Assembly (NCBI GenBank): GCA_041690135.1 | Contig: JAWLHY010000001.1 | Span: 224,001 to 288,000 of the forward strand | Direction: 5' to 3' | Length of the DNA stretch: 64,000 nucleotides | From: Armatimonadota bacterium | GTDB lineage: Bacteria; Armatimonadota; SYMT01 | In this document: positions 29,431 to 40,846 of the stretch, piece after piece | Numbering within the stretch: the stretch's first letter is position 1 | Layout: the number at the start of each line of letters is the position of its first letter | Translations under genes and position numbers: made by a program | The notes under the pieces: model-generated | Told to the model about the DNA's origin: nothing | The model's database searches: none | Seen by the model: the letters and a program-made list of their open reading frames with translations, nothing else

Positions 29431-30666
29431 ATGGCATTGATCGTACAGAAGTACGGGGGGTCGTCCGTCGCCAACGCGGACCGCATCCTCCACGTGGCCG
29501 GGAGGGTGGCCGCCCGCGCCCGGGCAGGGAACCGGATGGTGGTCACGGTCTCCGCGATGGGGGACACCACCGACGAACTGATCGAGCTGGCGCAGAAGGT
29601 CACGAAACGGCCCTCGGACCGCGAGATGGATCTCCTGCTCTCAACGGGCGAGATCGTCTCCTGCACGCTGGTCGCCATGGCCCTCCGGGATATGGGAGTG
29701 CCCGCCGCCAGCTTCACCGGGGCCCAGGCCGGGATCATGACGGATCCCACCCACGGTCGCGCCCGCATCCTCAGCATCGATCCCGCCCGCATCCGGCGCT
29801 GCCTGGACGAGGGGCAGGTCGCCATCATCGCCGGGTTCCAGGGGATCAACGCCGAGACCGACATCACGACGTTGGGAAGGGGAGGCAGCGACACCACGGC
29901 GGTAGCGCTTGCCGCCGCGCTGCAGGCGGACTGCTGCGAGATCTACACGGACGTGGAAGGGGTGTACACCTCCGACCCGCGCATTGAGCCGCGCGCCCGC
30001 AAGCTGAAGGAAATCTCCTACGAGGAGATGCTGGAGCTCGCCAGCCAGGGCGCCCGCGTGATGCACCCCCGCGCCGTCGAGCTCGGCTCGATTTACCAGA
30101 TTCCCATTCTCGTCGCCAGCAGCATGGTCGACGCCCCCGGTACCCTGATCCACGGAGAATGCGAGATGGAACCCACCAACAAGGTCCGCGGCATCAGCCA
30201 CGACACGAACATTGCCAAGGTCACGGTGCTCGACGTGCCGGACCATCCCGGCGCGGCGGCCGAGATCTTCTCCGCCCTCGGCGGCGCGAACCTGGTGGCG
30301 GATACCATCGTCCAGAACGCCAGCGCCCACGGTCCCTTCACGGACGTGACCTTTACCGTAACCACCACGGATCTCCAGCGCGCCCTGGAAGCGATCCAGC
30401 CGGCCATCGAGAAAGTCGGCGCGAAGGGTGCCCAGACCGACGATCGCCTGGGCAAGGTGAGCATCGTCGGCACGGGCGTGCTGAACACCCCCGGCTACGC
30501 GCCCCGGATGTTCAAGACCCTGGCGGACCACGGCGTGAACATCGAGCTGATCACCACCAGCGAGATCCGCATCACCTGCATCATCGCGCAGGAGCAGATC
30601 CCCACCGCCGTCCGCGCTCTCCACGAGGCCTTCGAGCTCGAAAAGGCCGAGCCGGAGGCGGTGTAG
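29431..30666 (+). CDS. lysC: Aspartate kinase
   Basis: QKYGGSSV, TVSAMGDTTD, TTLGRGGSDTTA, YTDVEGVYTSDP, two C-terminal ACT domains. Confidence 0.96.
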   Translation: MALIVQKYGGSSVANADRILHVAGRVAARARAGNRMVVTVSAMGDTTDELIELAQKVTKRPSDREMDLLLSTGEIVSCTLVAMALRDMGVPAASFTGAQAGIMTDPTHGRARILSIDPARIRRCLDEGQVAIIAGFQGINAETDITTLGRGGSDTTAVALAAALQADCCEIYTDVEGVYTSDPRIEPRARKLKEISYEEMLELASQGARVMHPRAVELGSIYQIPILVASSMVDAPGTLIHGECEMEPTNKVRGISHDTNIAKVTVLDVPDHPGAAAEIFSALGGANLVADTIVQNASAHGPFTDVTFTVTTTDLQRALEAIQPAIEKVGAKGAQTDDRLGKVSIVGTGVLNTPGYAPRMFKTLADHGVNIELITTSEIRITCIIAQEQIPTAVRALHEAFELEKAEPEAV

Positions 30667-30705
30667 GGGAGCCACAGATTGCCACTGAAGAGTTGGAGAA
30701 GGAAA

Positions 30706-30830
30706 GTCCACAGATTACGCAGATGACGCAGATAAAGAAGAGTGGAACAAAGGGTTCAAACGCTTGCATCTCGCTACCCGGATGGGCCTTCCGCCTGGTT
30801 CCATCTTTCCAATCTGCGTCATCTGTGGAC
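30706..30830. repeat. CCACAGAT/GCAGAT-type inverted repeat pair
   Basis: GTCCACAGATTACGCAGAT (30706-30724) versus ATCTGCGTCATCTGTGGAC (30812-30830), 18/19 complementary. Confidence 0.75.
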
Positions 30831-31002
30831 ATCCCTTCGCTGGTCCGCGGCTCCACTCCGATCAATGTTGCGGATGCGCGCCGACCTGATTCTAAATCTC
30901 GCCTAAAATAATAAAGGAATGTCCCCATCCGGGATCCTACATCTATTGTGTTGCCGTTAATCTAGCCTGTAGACGTAGGCTTGCCCGTAAGGAGGGCTTG
31001 TC

Positions 31003-31716
31003 ATGAATCGATCCCGAGGAACTCGAAAGGGCTTCACCTTGATTGAGCTACTCGTGGTGATCGCCATCATCGCGATTCTCGCTGCCATTCTCTTCCCCGT
31101 GTTTGCTCGTGCTCGCGAAGCCGCGCGAGCCGCTTCATGTAAATCCAATCTGAAGCAGGTCATCACCGGCATGTCGATGTACGTGCAGGACTATGACGAG
31201 TGTCTGCCGTTCAACTACCACTACAATGTCGATCGTTCTCAGCTCTGGTGGTGGGAAGACGATGTCCAGCCGTACGTCAAAAACTGGAACGTCTTTCTTT
31301 GCCCGAGCGCCAGTCCGCATTTCGGATATCCGACGCTCCGCCCCGTGGGGCAGCCGAATCCTCTGGTCTCGGACTATAAAGCGTACACTATCGCGAACTG
31401 GCCGGCCGGTTCGCCCTGGACGGGTCAGAGTGCGCCGATGGTAAGCTGCGCCGGTTCACCTACCTGCGGACCCCGCGCACTGGCGCAGATTGATGATGTC
31501 TCCGGTACCATCCATATCACCGATGCTTATGCATCGGAGATCTTCAGCTATGCCCATGTGGATGCGTGTGCCGCCTCCGGGCTCACCGGCTGCGAAGCCA
31601 CGCCTCGAAACCGGAAGAGACACAACGACGGCTTCAATGCGGCGTATGTCGATGGTCACGTGAAGTTCGTCAAGAACTCCAAGCCGGGTGACTGGACCAC
31701 CCGTGGCGGGGATTGA
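31003..31716 (+). CDS. Prepilin-type H-X9-DG protein, copy 4
   Basis: [45 protein letters not shown]; AAGGAGG RBS. Confidence 0.92.
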   Translation: MNRSRGTRKGFTLIELLVVIAIIAILAAILFPVFARAREAARAASCKSNLKQVITGMSMYVQDYDECLPFNYHYNVDRSQLWWWEDDVQPYVKNWNVFLCPSASPHFGYPTLRPVGQPNPLVSDYKAYTIANWPAGSPWTGQSAPMVSCAGSPTCGPRALAQIDDVSGTIHITDAYASEIFSYAHVDACAASGLTGCEATPRNRKRHNDGFNAAYVDGHVKFVKNSKPGDWTTRGGD

Positions 31717-31746
31717 TCTTCAGCGCTACTTAAGGATGGAGTAAAC

Positions 31747-31778
31747 AAGAGGCCGAGCGGGAACCCGCTCGGCCTCTT
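31747..31778. terminator. Bidirectional terminator-like hairpin
   Basis: AAGAGGCCGAGCGGG-AA-CCCGCTCGGCCTCTT between convergent prepilin and thiC. Confidence 0.75.
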
Positions 31779-31821
31779 CCAATTCCACATCTTTCTAAAT
31801 CTGTGAAATCTGTGGCTCCGG

Positions 31822-33783
<1,962 letters not shown>

Positions 33784-33891
33784 AACCTGTTGATGCAATT
33801 GTCAGTGGTGGCTCACGGCCTGGAGGCCGCTCACTCCCAGAATTGTATATCTATCCCGCCACCGGGTCAACGCGAGTCTCTCGGCAACAAA

Positions 33892-34968
33892 CTAGCCTGA
33901 CCGTCGTCGAGAGCGCAACAACCCCGCGATCGGCAGCAGTGCCCCCGCAAGCAGCACCAGGCTACCGGGTTCTGGTACGGCGGAGGGGTCGGGATAGTCC
34001 CCGAAATGCGTTTCCACCGGGGCACTCCCGTTCAGCGTATCCACGTCCATCCGGATCCGGCCCTTTGCACCGTTGCCGCCATTGCCGCCCACGCGGTCAA
34101 CGGCACTCGAGCCGCCGAGCCCACCGATCCCACCATTGACTTGGACGATCCCGCTGAGAGTGATTGTTGACGCTTGGAGCCAGATCGAGCCGCCGCTGCC
34201 TGCACCTCCTCCACCACCGTCTCCGGTGCTCGCCGCATGGCCGCCGTTGCCGCCGTTCGCCGAAACGACACCGTCAATCTGAATGAGGTCGGCTGCGATG
34301 CGCACGGCTCCACCGCCGCCGCCGCCGCCGCCGCCCGTAGCGTTGAAGGCGCCCCCGAAGGCTCCGCCGCCGCCTCCCGAGCCGCCTTGAAGTGTCGTGA
34401 AAGCCGGCTCTCCATAGGCCGAGCCGCCGTTGCCGCCGGGGGTCACGGTTGACCCCCACAACGACGACCCACCGTTCGCACCCGGGCCGCGATATCCTGC
34501 CCCGCCTCCGCCAGCCCCTACCGGAGAGTTAAGTGGGGCACCACCGCCGCCGGGTCCGCCACCCGCCGTAGGGTGGATTTGTGAGCCACTGATGTAGCCG
34601 CCGGCTCCGCCAGCGGCTCCACCGCCGCCTCCGCCACCGCCGGCAGTGCCGCCGGGTGTGTTCCCAATCACCCCACTGCCACCATTGCCTCCATTGAGCA
34701 GCAGGTTTCCGCCGATTGTCGCGGACTCCTGTACCCGGATGTCGAGCACCCCGCCTCCGCTAACCGTCACCGTCGCGCCAGGCGAGATGTTAAAAGATGT
34801 GAAGTTATAGATGCCGGCCGGCAGCACGATATTCCCGACGGCGTTGAATGCGCCGTCGGAACCGTTGGAGGCGGGCACGGTCTGCGCGTGTGCCGGTGCA
34901 GACACACAGAGCAGACTGCCGCCGAACATCGCACCTAGGAGCGCGATGCGGAGAGGTGGGACACTCAT
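33892..34968 (-). CDS. Glycine-rich PEP-CTERM surface protein
   Basis: Signal peptide (..APAHA), Gly-rich body, VPEPGSLVLLAGALL..RSRRR sorting signal; start 34968 rather than 35916. Confidence 0.88.
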   Translation of the reverse strand: MSVPPLRIALLGAMFGGSLLCVSAPAHAQTVPASNGSDGAFNAVGNIVLPAGIYNFTSFNISPGATVTVSGGGVLDIRVQESATIGGNLLLNGGNGGSGVIGNTPGGTAGGGGGGGGAAGGAGGYISGSQIHPTAGGGPGGGGAPLNSPVGAGGGGAGYRGPGANGGSSLWGSTVTPGGNGGSAYGEPAFTTLQGGSGGGGGAFGGAFNATGGGGGGGGGAVRIAADLIQIDGVVSANGGNGGHAASTGDGGGGGAGSGGSIWLQASTITLSGIVQVNGGIGGLGGSSAVDRVGGNGGNGAKGRIRMDVDTLNGSAPVETHFGDYPDPSAVPEPGSLVLLAGALLPIAGLLRSRRRSG

Positions 34969-35226
34969 TGAACTTACCTCGTTGCCACGTGCCGGCGGTC
35001 CGGTCGTGCTTTCAATCAGGGGCGGAACGGGAATGACCCAGCAGATCAGATTAGTACCGCAACTTATTGTTAGAGCTTCCGACTGATTGTTCCTTCTATT
35101 AGCGAAAGAGCGAATGCGGCATGCACAGCCGGCTAAAGTGAGATCATGGAACGATGGCTCATATGAATGGCTCGTGCGCCGGACTTGAGTCGTTGTCCGG
35201 CAGATGTTCGCACTGGGGAGGCCGCT

Positions 35227-36012
35227 TTGAAGTCCGATTACCACACCCACCACGACCGGTGCGGACACGCCACCGGATGCATCGAGGATTACGTCCGGGC
35301 GGCCCTCGCCCTGGGCATGGAGGAGATCGGCATTTCCGACCACGCGCCCATCTACTGGCAGGAGGGCGACCACGCGCTGCCCGGAACCGCCATGCGCCGG
35401 AGCGAGCTGGCGGGCTACGTGGAGGAAGTCCTGGAGGTGCGGGATCGCTACGCCGGACAAATCTCGGTGAAGCTCGGCCTGGAAGCGGACTTCGCGCCCG
35501 GCTTCGAGGACGTCTACCGGGAGGTGCTGTCCCGGTACCCCTTCGATTACGTGATCGGCTCGGTGCACTACTGCCGCGATCTCCACATCTATTATCATCC
35601 GCGCTGGGAAGGGGTGGAGGACCCGTCCGAGGTCTATGCGGATTACTTCGCGCTGATCCGGCGTTCCGCTCACAGCGGCCTTTTCGATGTTCTCGGCCAC
35701 ATCACCGGACTCATGATTTACGGCCCACGCCCTTCCCCGGAGTTTCTGGAGCGCGAGTTCGATGAGACGGCCCGCGCGATTGCGGAAAGCGGCGTCGCCA
35801 TCGAGGTGAATACCTCCGGCCTGCGCAAGGGGGACGCGGAGCCGTTTCCCAAAGGAGAATTGCTCCGGCGCTGCATCGCCGCCGGGGTGCCGGTCACCTA
35901 CGGCTCCGACGCGCACAAGCCCGAGGAAGTCGGGTTCGCCCGCGACGTCGTGGCGCCGCTCTTGAATTCAGCCCGTCTCTGGCATCCCCAGGAGTCCCGC
36001 CGTGTCCGCTGA
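35227..36012 (+). CDS. hisJ: Histidinol-phosphatase HisJ family PHP hydrolase
   Basis: DYHTH..CGHA, ISDHAP, GLEAD, DYVIGSVH, IEVNTSG, GSDAH; TTG start after GGGGAG. Confidence 0.85.
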   Translation: MKSDYHTHHDRCGHATGCIEDYVRAALALGMEEIGISDHAPIYWQEGDHALPGTAMRRSELAGYVEEVLEVRDRYAGQISVKLGLEADFAPGFEDVYREVLSRYPFDYVIGSVHYCRDLHIYYHPRWEGVEDPSEVYADYFALIRRSAHSGLFDVLGHITGLMIYGPRPSPEFLEREFDETARAIAESGVAIEVNTSGLRKGDAEPFPKGELLRRCIAAGVPVTYGSDAHKPEEVGFARDVVAPLLNSARLWHPQESRRVR

Positions 36013-37036
36013 ACCGCCCCGCGTCATCGAGGCCCGGAACGCGATGGGCACCCGGTTCGAGATTGTGCTGCCCGGAACCAACGAGCGTGCTTTGCGAGGC
36101 GCCGCGGAGGAAGCGTTCGACGAGATCGACCGCCTGGAAGCGCAACTGACCAAGTACGACTCCCGCAGCGAGATTTCCGGAATCAACGCCCACGCGGCGC
36201 GGGAGGTGGTCCGCGTGGAGCCGCGGCTGTTCGCCCTCCTGCAGACCGCCCTGGAGATCAGTGCGGCCACGGACGGCGCGTTCGATCCGACGGTGGCGCC
36301 CCTCATGCGGGCCTGGGGTTTCGTGGGCGCGGGCGGACGCCTGCCCGACCCGGAGGCGGTGGAGCGGGCGCGCGAGATCACCGGCTGGTACCACATCGGG
36401 CTCGACGAGGAGGCGTTCACCCTCTGGTTCGGACGCGAAGGGGTTTCCCTCGACCTGGGCGCCATTGGAAAAGGGTATGCCATCGATCGCGCCATTGAGT
36501 TGCTGCGAGACGCCGGCATCACCTCGGCGCTCCTTCACGGCGGCACCAGCACGGTTTACGGCCTTGGCCTGCCGCAGGCCGCTGCCGCCACGGGCGCCCA
36601 GGCGGTGGACGGGGACACTCGGGTAGGGGAGGGAGAACCTGCGGAGGCGGTCGCGGGTTGGCGGGTGGCGATCCGCGATCCCGGCGGTCCGGAAGGATCA
36701 AGTCTGGCAGAGGTTCTCCTGCGGGACCGTGCGCTTTCCGTCTCCGGCTCTCACGGGAAAGCGTTCCGGGAGGGCGACCGCCTCTATGGCCACGTGCTCG
36801 ACCCCCGCACCGGTGAGCCCACCCAGGCCGCCATCCTGGCGGCGGTGGGGCACCCCAGCGCCACCGTTACGGATGCCCTCTCCACGGCCCTGCTGGTGCT
36901 CGGGCCGGAGGCGCTCCCGGACCTCACAAAGCGCTTCCCCGAAGCCGACCTCCTCGTCGTCACCTCCGAGGACGGCCGTCCCACCCTTCACATCGGGGGT
37001 CCCAACGTCTGGCAGCTTTGTCCCCATCCTACGTAA
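36002..37036 (+). CDS. apbE: FAD:protein FMN transferase
   Basis: AMGT, TDGAFDPTV, DLGAIGKGYAID, HVLDPRTG, DALSTAL. Confidence 0.92.
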   Translation: MSAEPPRVIEARNAMGTRFEIVLPGTNERALRGAAEEAFDEIDRLEAQLTKYDSRSEISGINAHAAREVVRVEPRLFALLQTALEISAATDGAFDPTVAPLMRAWGFVGAGGRLPDPEAVERAREITGWYHIGLDEEAFTLWFGREGVSLDLGAIGKGYAIDRAIELLRDAGITSALLHGGTSTVYGLGLPQAAAATGAQAVDGDTRVGEGEPAEAVAGWRVAIRDPGGPEGSSLAEVLLRDRALSVSGSHGKAFREGDRLYGHVLDPRTGEPTQAAILAAVGHPSATVTDALSTALLVLGPEALPDLTKRFPEADLLVVTSEDGRPTLHIGGPNVWQLCPHPT

Positions 37037-37444
37037 GCTTGCGGTGCAGCTCACGGCAGCGGCGGCAACCGCCAACGGCCCGTGCCCAGCCTCCGGCAAC
37101 ACGGGAGACGCCGGGCACGCACCAGGCTTGAACCCTGATAAATGGTACAACATCGTGACCCTTGCCCGGAGTCCGAGGGATACCTCGGCAACGGCCTCGC
37201 TCTTGGGCCACATGCTGGTACCGAACTGGGAGCGAGCAGTCACTAATGGCTTTCCAGAGGGCACCGATATCCGGGGGACTCCGGGCATGCACCAGAGTCG
37301 AGCCCTGATAAACAGGGAGATATCAGGTTTTTTGAACTGATTCTTGCATATCTCGGCTATGAGTCGCCCTTCAGCATCCTGCCGGCCCGCGGGGTGATCG
37401 TAACCATGATCCCCGGTACGTCGATCATCCAAGGAAGTGATCCA

Positions 37445-37533
37445 ACGCCCGAACGTTTGCCTCCCACCGGCGTGCCCGAACGCCCGAACACCCGAACACC
37501 TGACCACCCGAACCCCTGACCACCCCAACCCCT
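37445..37533. repeat. CCCGAACA-type 8-bp short tandem repeat
   Basis: Degenerate CCCGAACA/CCTGACCA run; same unit recurs at 42582-42771. Confidence 0.7.
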
Positions 37534-37610
37534 GCTTCCACAGCAGGACCCATCCCACTCCGTCTCGAACCGTCTAAATCAGCCATGCCTCCCGTACCCT
37601 CCACACACCC

Positions 37611-38666
37611 ATGACCCTTCCCCCCACCACCGGCTGTAGCTGGTATCCTCGGCCCGAAGACTGGTCGTCCTGGCAGCCGCTTAGTGCCTCGCCGGGCGTA
37701 CCGCGGCGGCCGGGCGTTTACCGGATTCGCTGCCGCGAGGGCGGTCGGACGCAATTGATCCCTCGCGCGAGTGGGGTGGACGGCACGGGACTGGTCCTGG
37801 TTGGGCGCGATGACGCCTCCCTGCGGGACTGCCTGGATGCGTTCCGCAGGAGTGCCGCCGACCTCTCCGTTCAGCAGCACGCGGCCGGTTGGGCCTACGC
37901 GAACCGGGGTTACGAGCGGCGCTTTCCGCTCTCCGAGTTGGAGGTCTCGTATCTCATCACCCCCGATGGGGCTACCGCCCGCGCCATCGAGGAGGCGGTG
38001 CTGCGGGTCTATCAGGACCAATTCCTGGACCTACCCCCCCTGAACCAGGCCGTCCCCACGGCAACAACCGCCGAACCCGTCCGCACGGAACCCTCCAGCC
38101 GGGGTCGGGAAAATCGTGCGGGCGCTGGAGCTCCTCAACCGGGAGGGCTTCCGGTCTGGTCCCCACCCTCCGGACGCCAGGCAGCCGAAGCTCCGCCGTC
38201 CTCCAGCAGTCCGGAACACTCCCAGCCTGCTCGGACCGAAAGCGCCGGTCCACCACCCTGGTCGCCCTCCGCGCCGCCGCGGCCCGCCCGGCCGGTACAC
38301 CGCCGGCCCGCCCTCGATGGCGACGAAGCGGAAGAGCCCTTTCAGCCACTGGTCGAGGAAGACTGGAAGGAATACGTCGTCTGCGCCCGCTGCGGACGCG
38401 TGATGGGAGGTCCCCCCGACCGTCCCCGTACCGGTGACTGGCTCGACTGGGCGGGTTCGGACCTGGATGCCCAGTGCGGCGAGTGCGGGACCACCGGCGA
38501 AGCCTACCTCTTCCACGGCCACGAGTTGATCGAGGCCCTTCGCGCGGCGGGCTACCCCAATCCCGACGAGAACCCCGGCCTCCCGCCCTGGGAATCGCAC
38601 GAGGGCTTCGGGCGCTGGACGGTCCCCCCGGTGATCCGCCGCATCCTCCTCGGCTCCCGGCAGTAG
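37611..38666 (+). CDS. Hypothetical protein: GIY-YIG-like domain, Pro/Ser linker, CxxC..CxxC zinc ribbon
   Basis: VPRRPGVYRI..VLVG..LRDCL..AIEE..LPPLN; C-terminal CARC and CGEC. Confidence 0.6.
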   Translation: MTLPPTTGCSWYPRPEDWSSWQPLSASPGVPRRPGVYRIRCREGGRTQLIPRASGVDGTGLVLVGRDDASLRDCLDAFRRSAADLSVQQHAAGWAYANRGYERRFPLSELEVSYLITPDGATARAIEEAVLRVYQDQFLDLPPLNQAVPTATTAEPVRTEPSSRGRENRAGAGAPQPGGLPVWSPPSGRQAAEAPPSSSSPEHSQPARTESAGPPPWSPSAPPRPARPVHRRPALDGDEAEEPFQPLVEEDWKEYVVCARCGRVMGGPPDRPRTGDWLDWAGSDLDAQCGECGTTGEAYLFHGHELIEALRAAGYPNPDENPGLPPWESHEGFGRWTVPPVIRRILLGSRQ

Positions 38667-38815
38667 CTGCTTCCACTGCGTGTCGGCGCACAAGCGAGTT
38701 CCGGCAAAGAAAACATGCTTTGGCGATCCGCCGGGATAGGTATATTGCCCGTAGACCACGGGGGCTGCGGCGGTTGCCGGATCCCTCTCGCAGCCGAATA
38801 CCCACAAAACATACC

Positions 38816-40057
38816 GTGTCCACGAAATCCGGCAAGACTCGCCAAGAGCAGGAGCATCAAAACGCGGCCAGACGGCTCAAAGACGGGAAGACGGAGATCC
38901 TGCGGCGCTGGGAACAACACGCACGCACGGAGGTGCCGGCGGCCTGCTCGCTGGACAGGGAAACCCTCCACAACAATCTCCCGCAAGTCCTGGATGAAAT
39001 CGCCGAGGTGCTCGTAACCAGCGCCGGAAAGAACGCGTACGATTATGCGCAGATTTCCAGCGCGCGAGAGCATGCCGAGCAGCGGGGAAGAATCAACGAA
39101 TACTCGCTCGACCAGGTGATCATGGAGTACCACCTGCTGCGGAAGGTGGTCATCGAGGTGATGGAGCAGGAAGAGCCGCTCCCGCAGGGGATTGCCTCGG
39201 TCATTCACGACGGTCTCGACCGGGCGATGCAGGATGCGTCGGTCCACTTCATCGATACCCACCAGCGCGCCAGCCAGGAGCACCAGGAGCGACAACGGAT
39301 CCTGCACGATCAGGCGGAGGCGCTGCGTGAGGCCGACCGGGCCAAGGACAACTACCTCGCTATCCTGGCCCATGAACTTCGTACCCCCCTCGGCACCATC
39401 AGTACGGCGCTGCACATCCTCGGCCAGTTGGAGTTGCGGGATGACCGCGCCTTTCGGCAGATCGCGACCATCAGCCGGCAGGTAGATGGCTTATCCCACC
39501 TGGTGAATGACCTGCTCGATATTTCCCGGATCGTTCGCGGGAAGCTGGAACTCCAGTTGGAGCTAGTCGAATTGTGCCGTATTGCGACAAATGCTGTGCA
39601 GGCGGTACACCCCTACATCGAGTCCCGGGGTCATTTGCTGGAAGTCTCGCTACCGGCGGAGCCGGTCTGGGTTGAGGTGGACGCTCTCCGGATGGAGCAG
39701 GTCATCACGAACCTGCTCACCAACGCGGCGAAATACACCGAGCCGGGAGGAACCATCTGGCTTACCGTCACGAGACTTGATGACTCGGCGACCATCTGCG
39801 TCCGCGATACCGGGGTCGGCATTCCCCAGGACAAGCTTTGGCAGGTGTTCGACCTGTTCAACCAGCTTGGGCTCACTTCCACGCACTCGCAGGGTGGGCT
39901 TGGGATCGGCCTCTCCCTGGCCCGGCACCTCGTCAACCTGCACGGCGGCGCCATCGAGGCGACAAGTGAAGGCCCCGGAATGGGAAGTGAGTTTATCGTT
40001 CGCCTCCCGGTCCAGACGCCCACGGAGCCACTTCCTTTTCCCGGCCCTTCCACCTGA
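38816..40057 (+). CDS. Sensor histidine kinase with RsbRD_N-like N-terminal domain; start uncertain
   Basis: AHELRTPL H-box, NLLTNAAKY, DTGVGI, GLGIGL; N-terminal EILRRW..HAEQR..YSLDQVIMEY. Confidence 0.88.
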   Translation: MSTKSGKTRQEQEHQNAARRLKDGKTEILRRWEQHARTEVPAACSLDRETLHNNLPQVLDEIAEVLVTSAGKNAYDYAQISSAREHAEQRGRINEYSLDQVIMEYHLLRKVVIEVMEQEEPLPQGIASVIHDGLDRAMQDASVHFIDTHQRASQEHQERQRILHDQAEALREADRAKDNYLAILAHELRTPLGTISTALHILGQLELRDDRAFRQIATISRQVDGLSHLVNDLLDISRIVRGKLELQLELVELCRIATNAVQAVHPYIESRGHLLEVSLPAEPVWVEVDALRMEQVITNLLTNAAKYTEPGGTIWLTVTRLDDSATICVRDTGVGIPQDKLWQVFDLFNQLGLTSTHSQGGLGIGLSLARHLVNLHGGAIEATSEGPGMGSEFIVRLPVQTPTEPLPFPGPST

Positions 40058-40084
40058 GCCTCGCACTGAGCCTCGCACCGAGCC

Positions 40085-40792
40085 TCACACGCGATATTCC
40101 ACCCGTCTCCCCTCCGGAAGCGAAACCCGGATCAGCCCTTCATCCGGCCCCAATCGGAAACGGGGGCTGTGCAGAGGCGCGCCCGCCACGGCCTGGATTC
40201 CGGCGGCAATGCCCAGGCTGCAGCAGCACTCCCAGGTGAGGTCGGGGCTATTCACCGCGACATCGAGATCGATGTCGGCAGCCAGGGCGATATCCGCCGC
40301 GCGGGTGAGTTCAGGCGTCAGTGGACCGCAGAACCGCTCAATCGTGCGAACGATCCGGGCTAGCCGCTGCTTCCGTTCCGGAGCCCGGCGCCATGCGGGA
40401 TCGGCCGGTCCGAACACGCAATCGAACTCCCGGACGTAGGGTTTCACGTCGAGGAGAGGTGTTCCGTCAATCACGTCCAGCGCATCCACGGATAGCCGGG
40501 CGCCTTCGCGGGAGAGGAGGCGGGTCACGGTAATCCCTACCGGGTTCAGCCGCACCGGCGTGCGGGAAGCAAAACTGCCCCTCACCCGCCCGCCGGCATG
40601 CCGCGCCGGCGTACGCTCGGACTGGTGCAGCCAGGTCAACACCCAGATGTAGCCCGGTTCCAACCCGCTCGCCGCCTCCTGGTGGTCGGGAAGCAGCTCC
40701 AGTATCGAGGCTCCACCCTGGTAGGGAATCTCATCTTCCGTCCGGAACGGATTCCGGACGTACCCAATCGGGTTCAACACGTAGTCACTCAT
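40085..40792 (-). CDS. trmO: tRNA m6t6A37 methyltransferase TrmO/TsaA family with C-terminal extension
   Basis: PIGYVRNPF, GSFASRTPVRLNPVG, LDVIDGTPLLDVKPY. Confidence 0.8.
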   Translation of the reverse strand: MSDYVLNPIGYVRNPFRTEDEIPYQGGASILELLPDHQEAASGLEPGYIWVLTWLHQSERTPARHAGGRVRGSFASRTPVRLNPVGITVTRLLSREGARLSVDALDVIDGTPLLDVKPYVREFDCVFGPADPAWRRAPERKQRLARIVRTIERFCGPLTPELTRAADIALAADIDLDVAVNSPDLTWECCCSLGIAAGIQAVAGAPLHSPRFRLGPDEGLIRVSLPEGRRVEYRV

Positions 40793-40846
40793 AGATCCTG
40801 TCGCTCGCAACACCGCGCCGGCTTTCTTCTGGGGATAGTTCTACCC

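Noticed and set aside
37040-37440. Pseudogene remnant in the less GC-rich stretch after apbE
   Set aside because: No frame I translated gave a recognisable protein motif; a BLASTX search would be needed.
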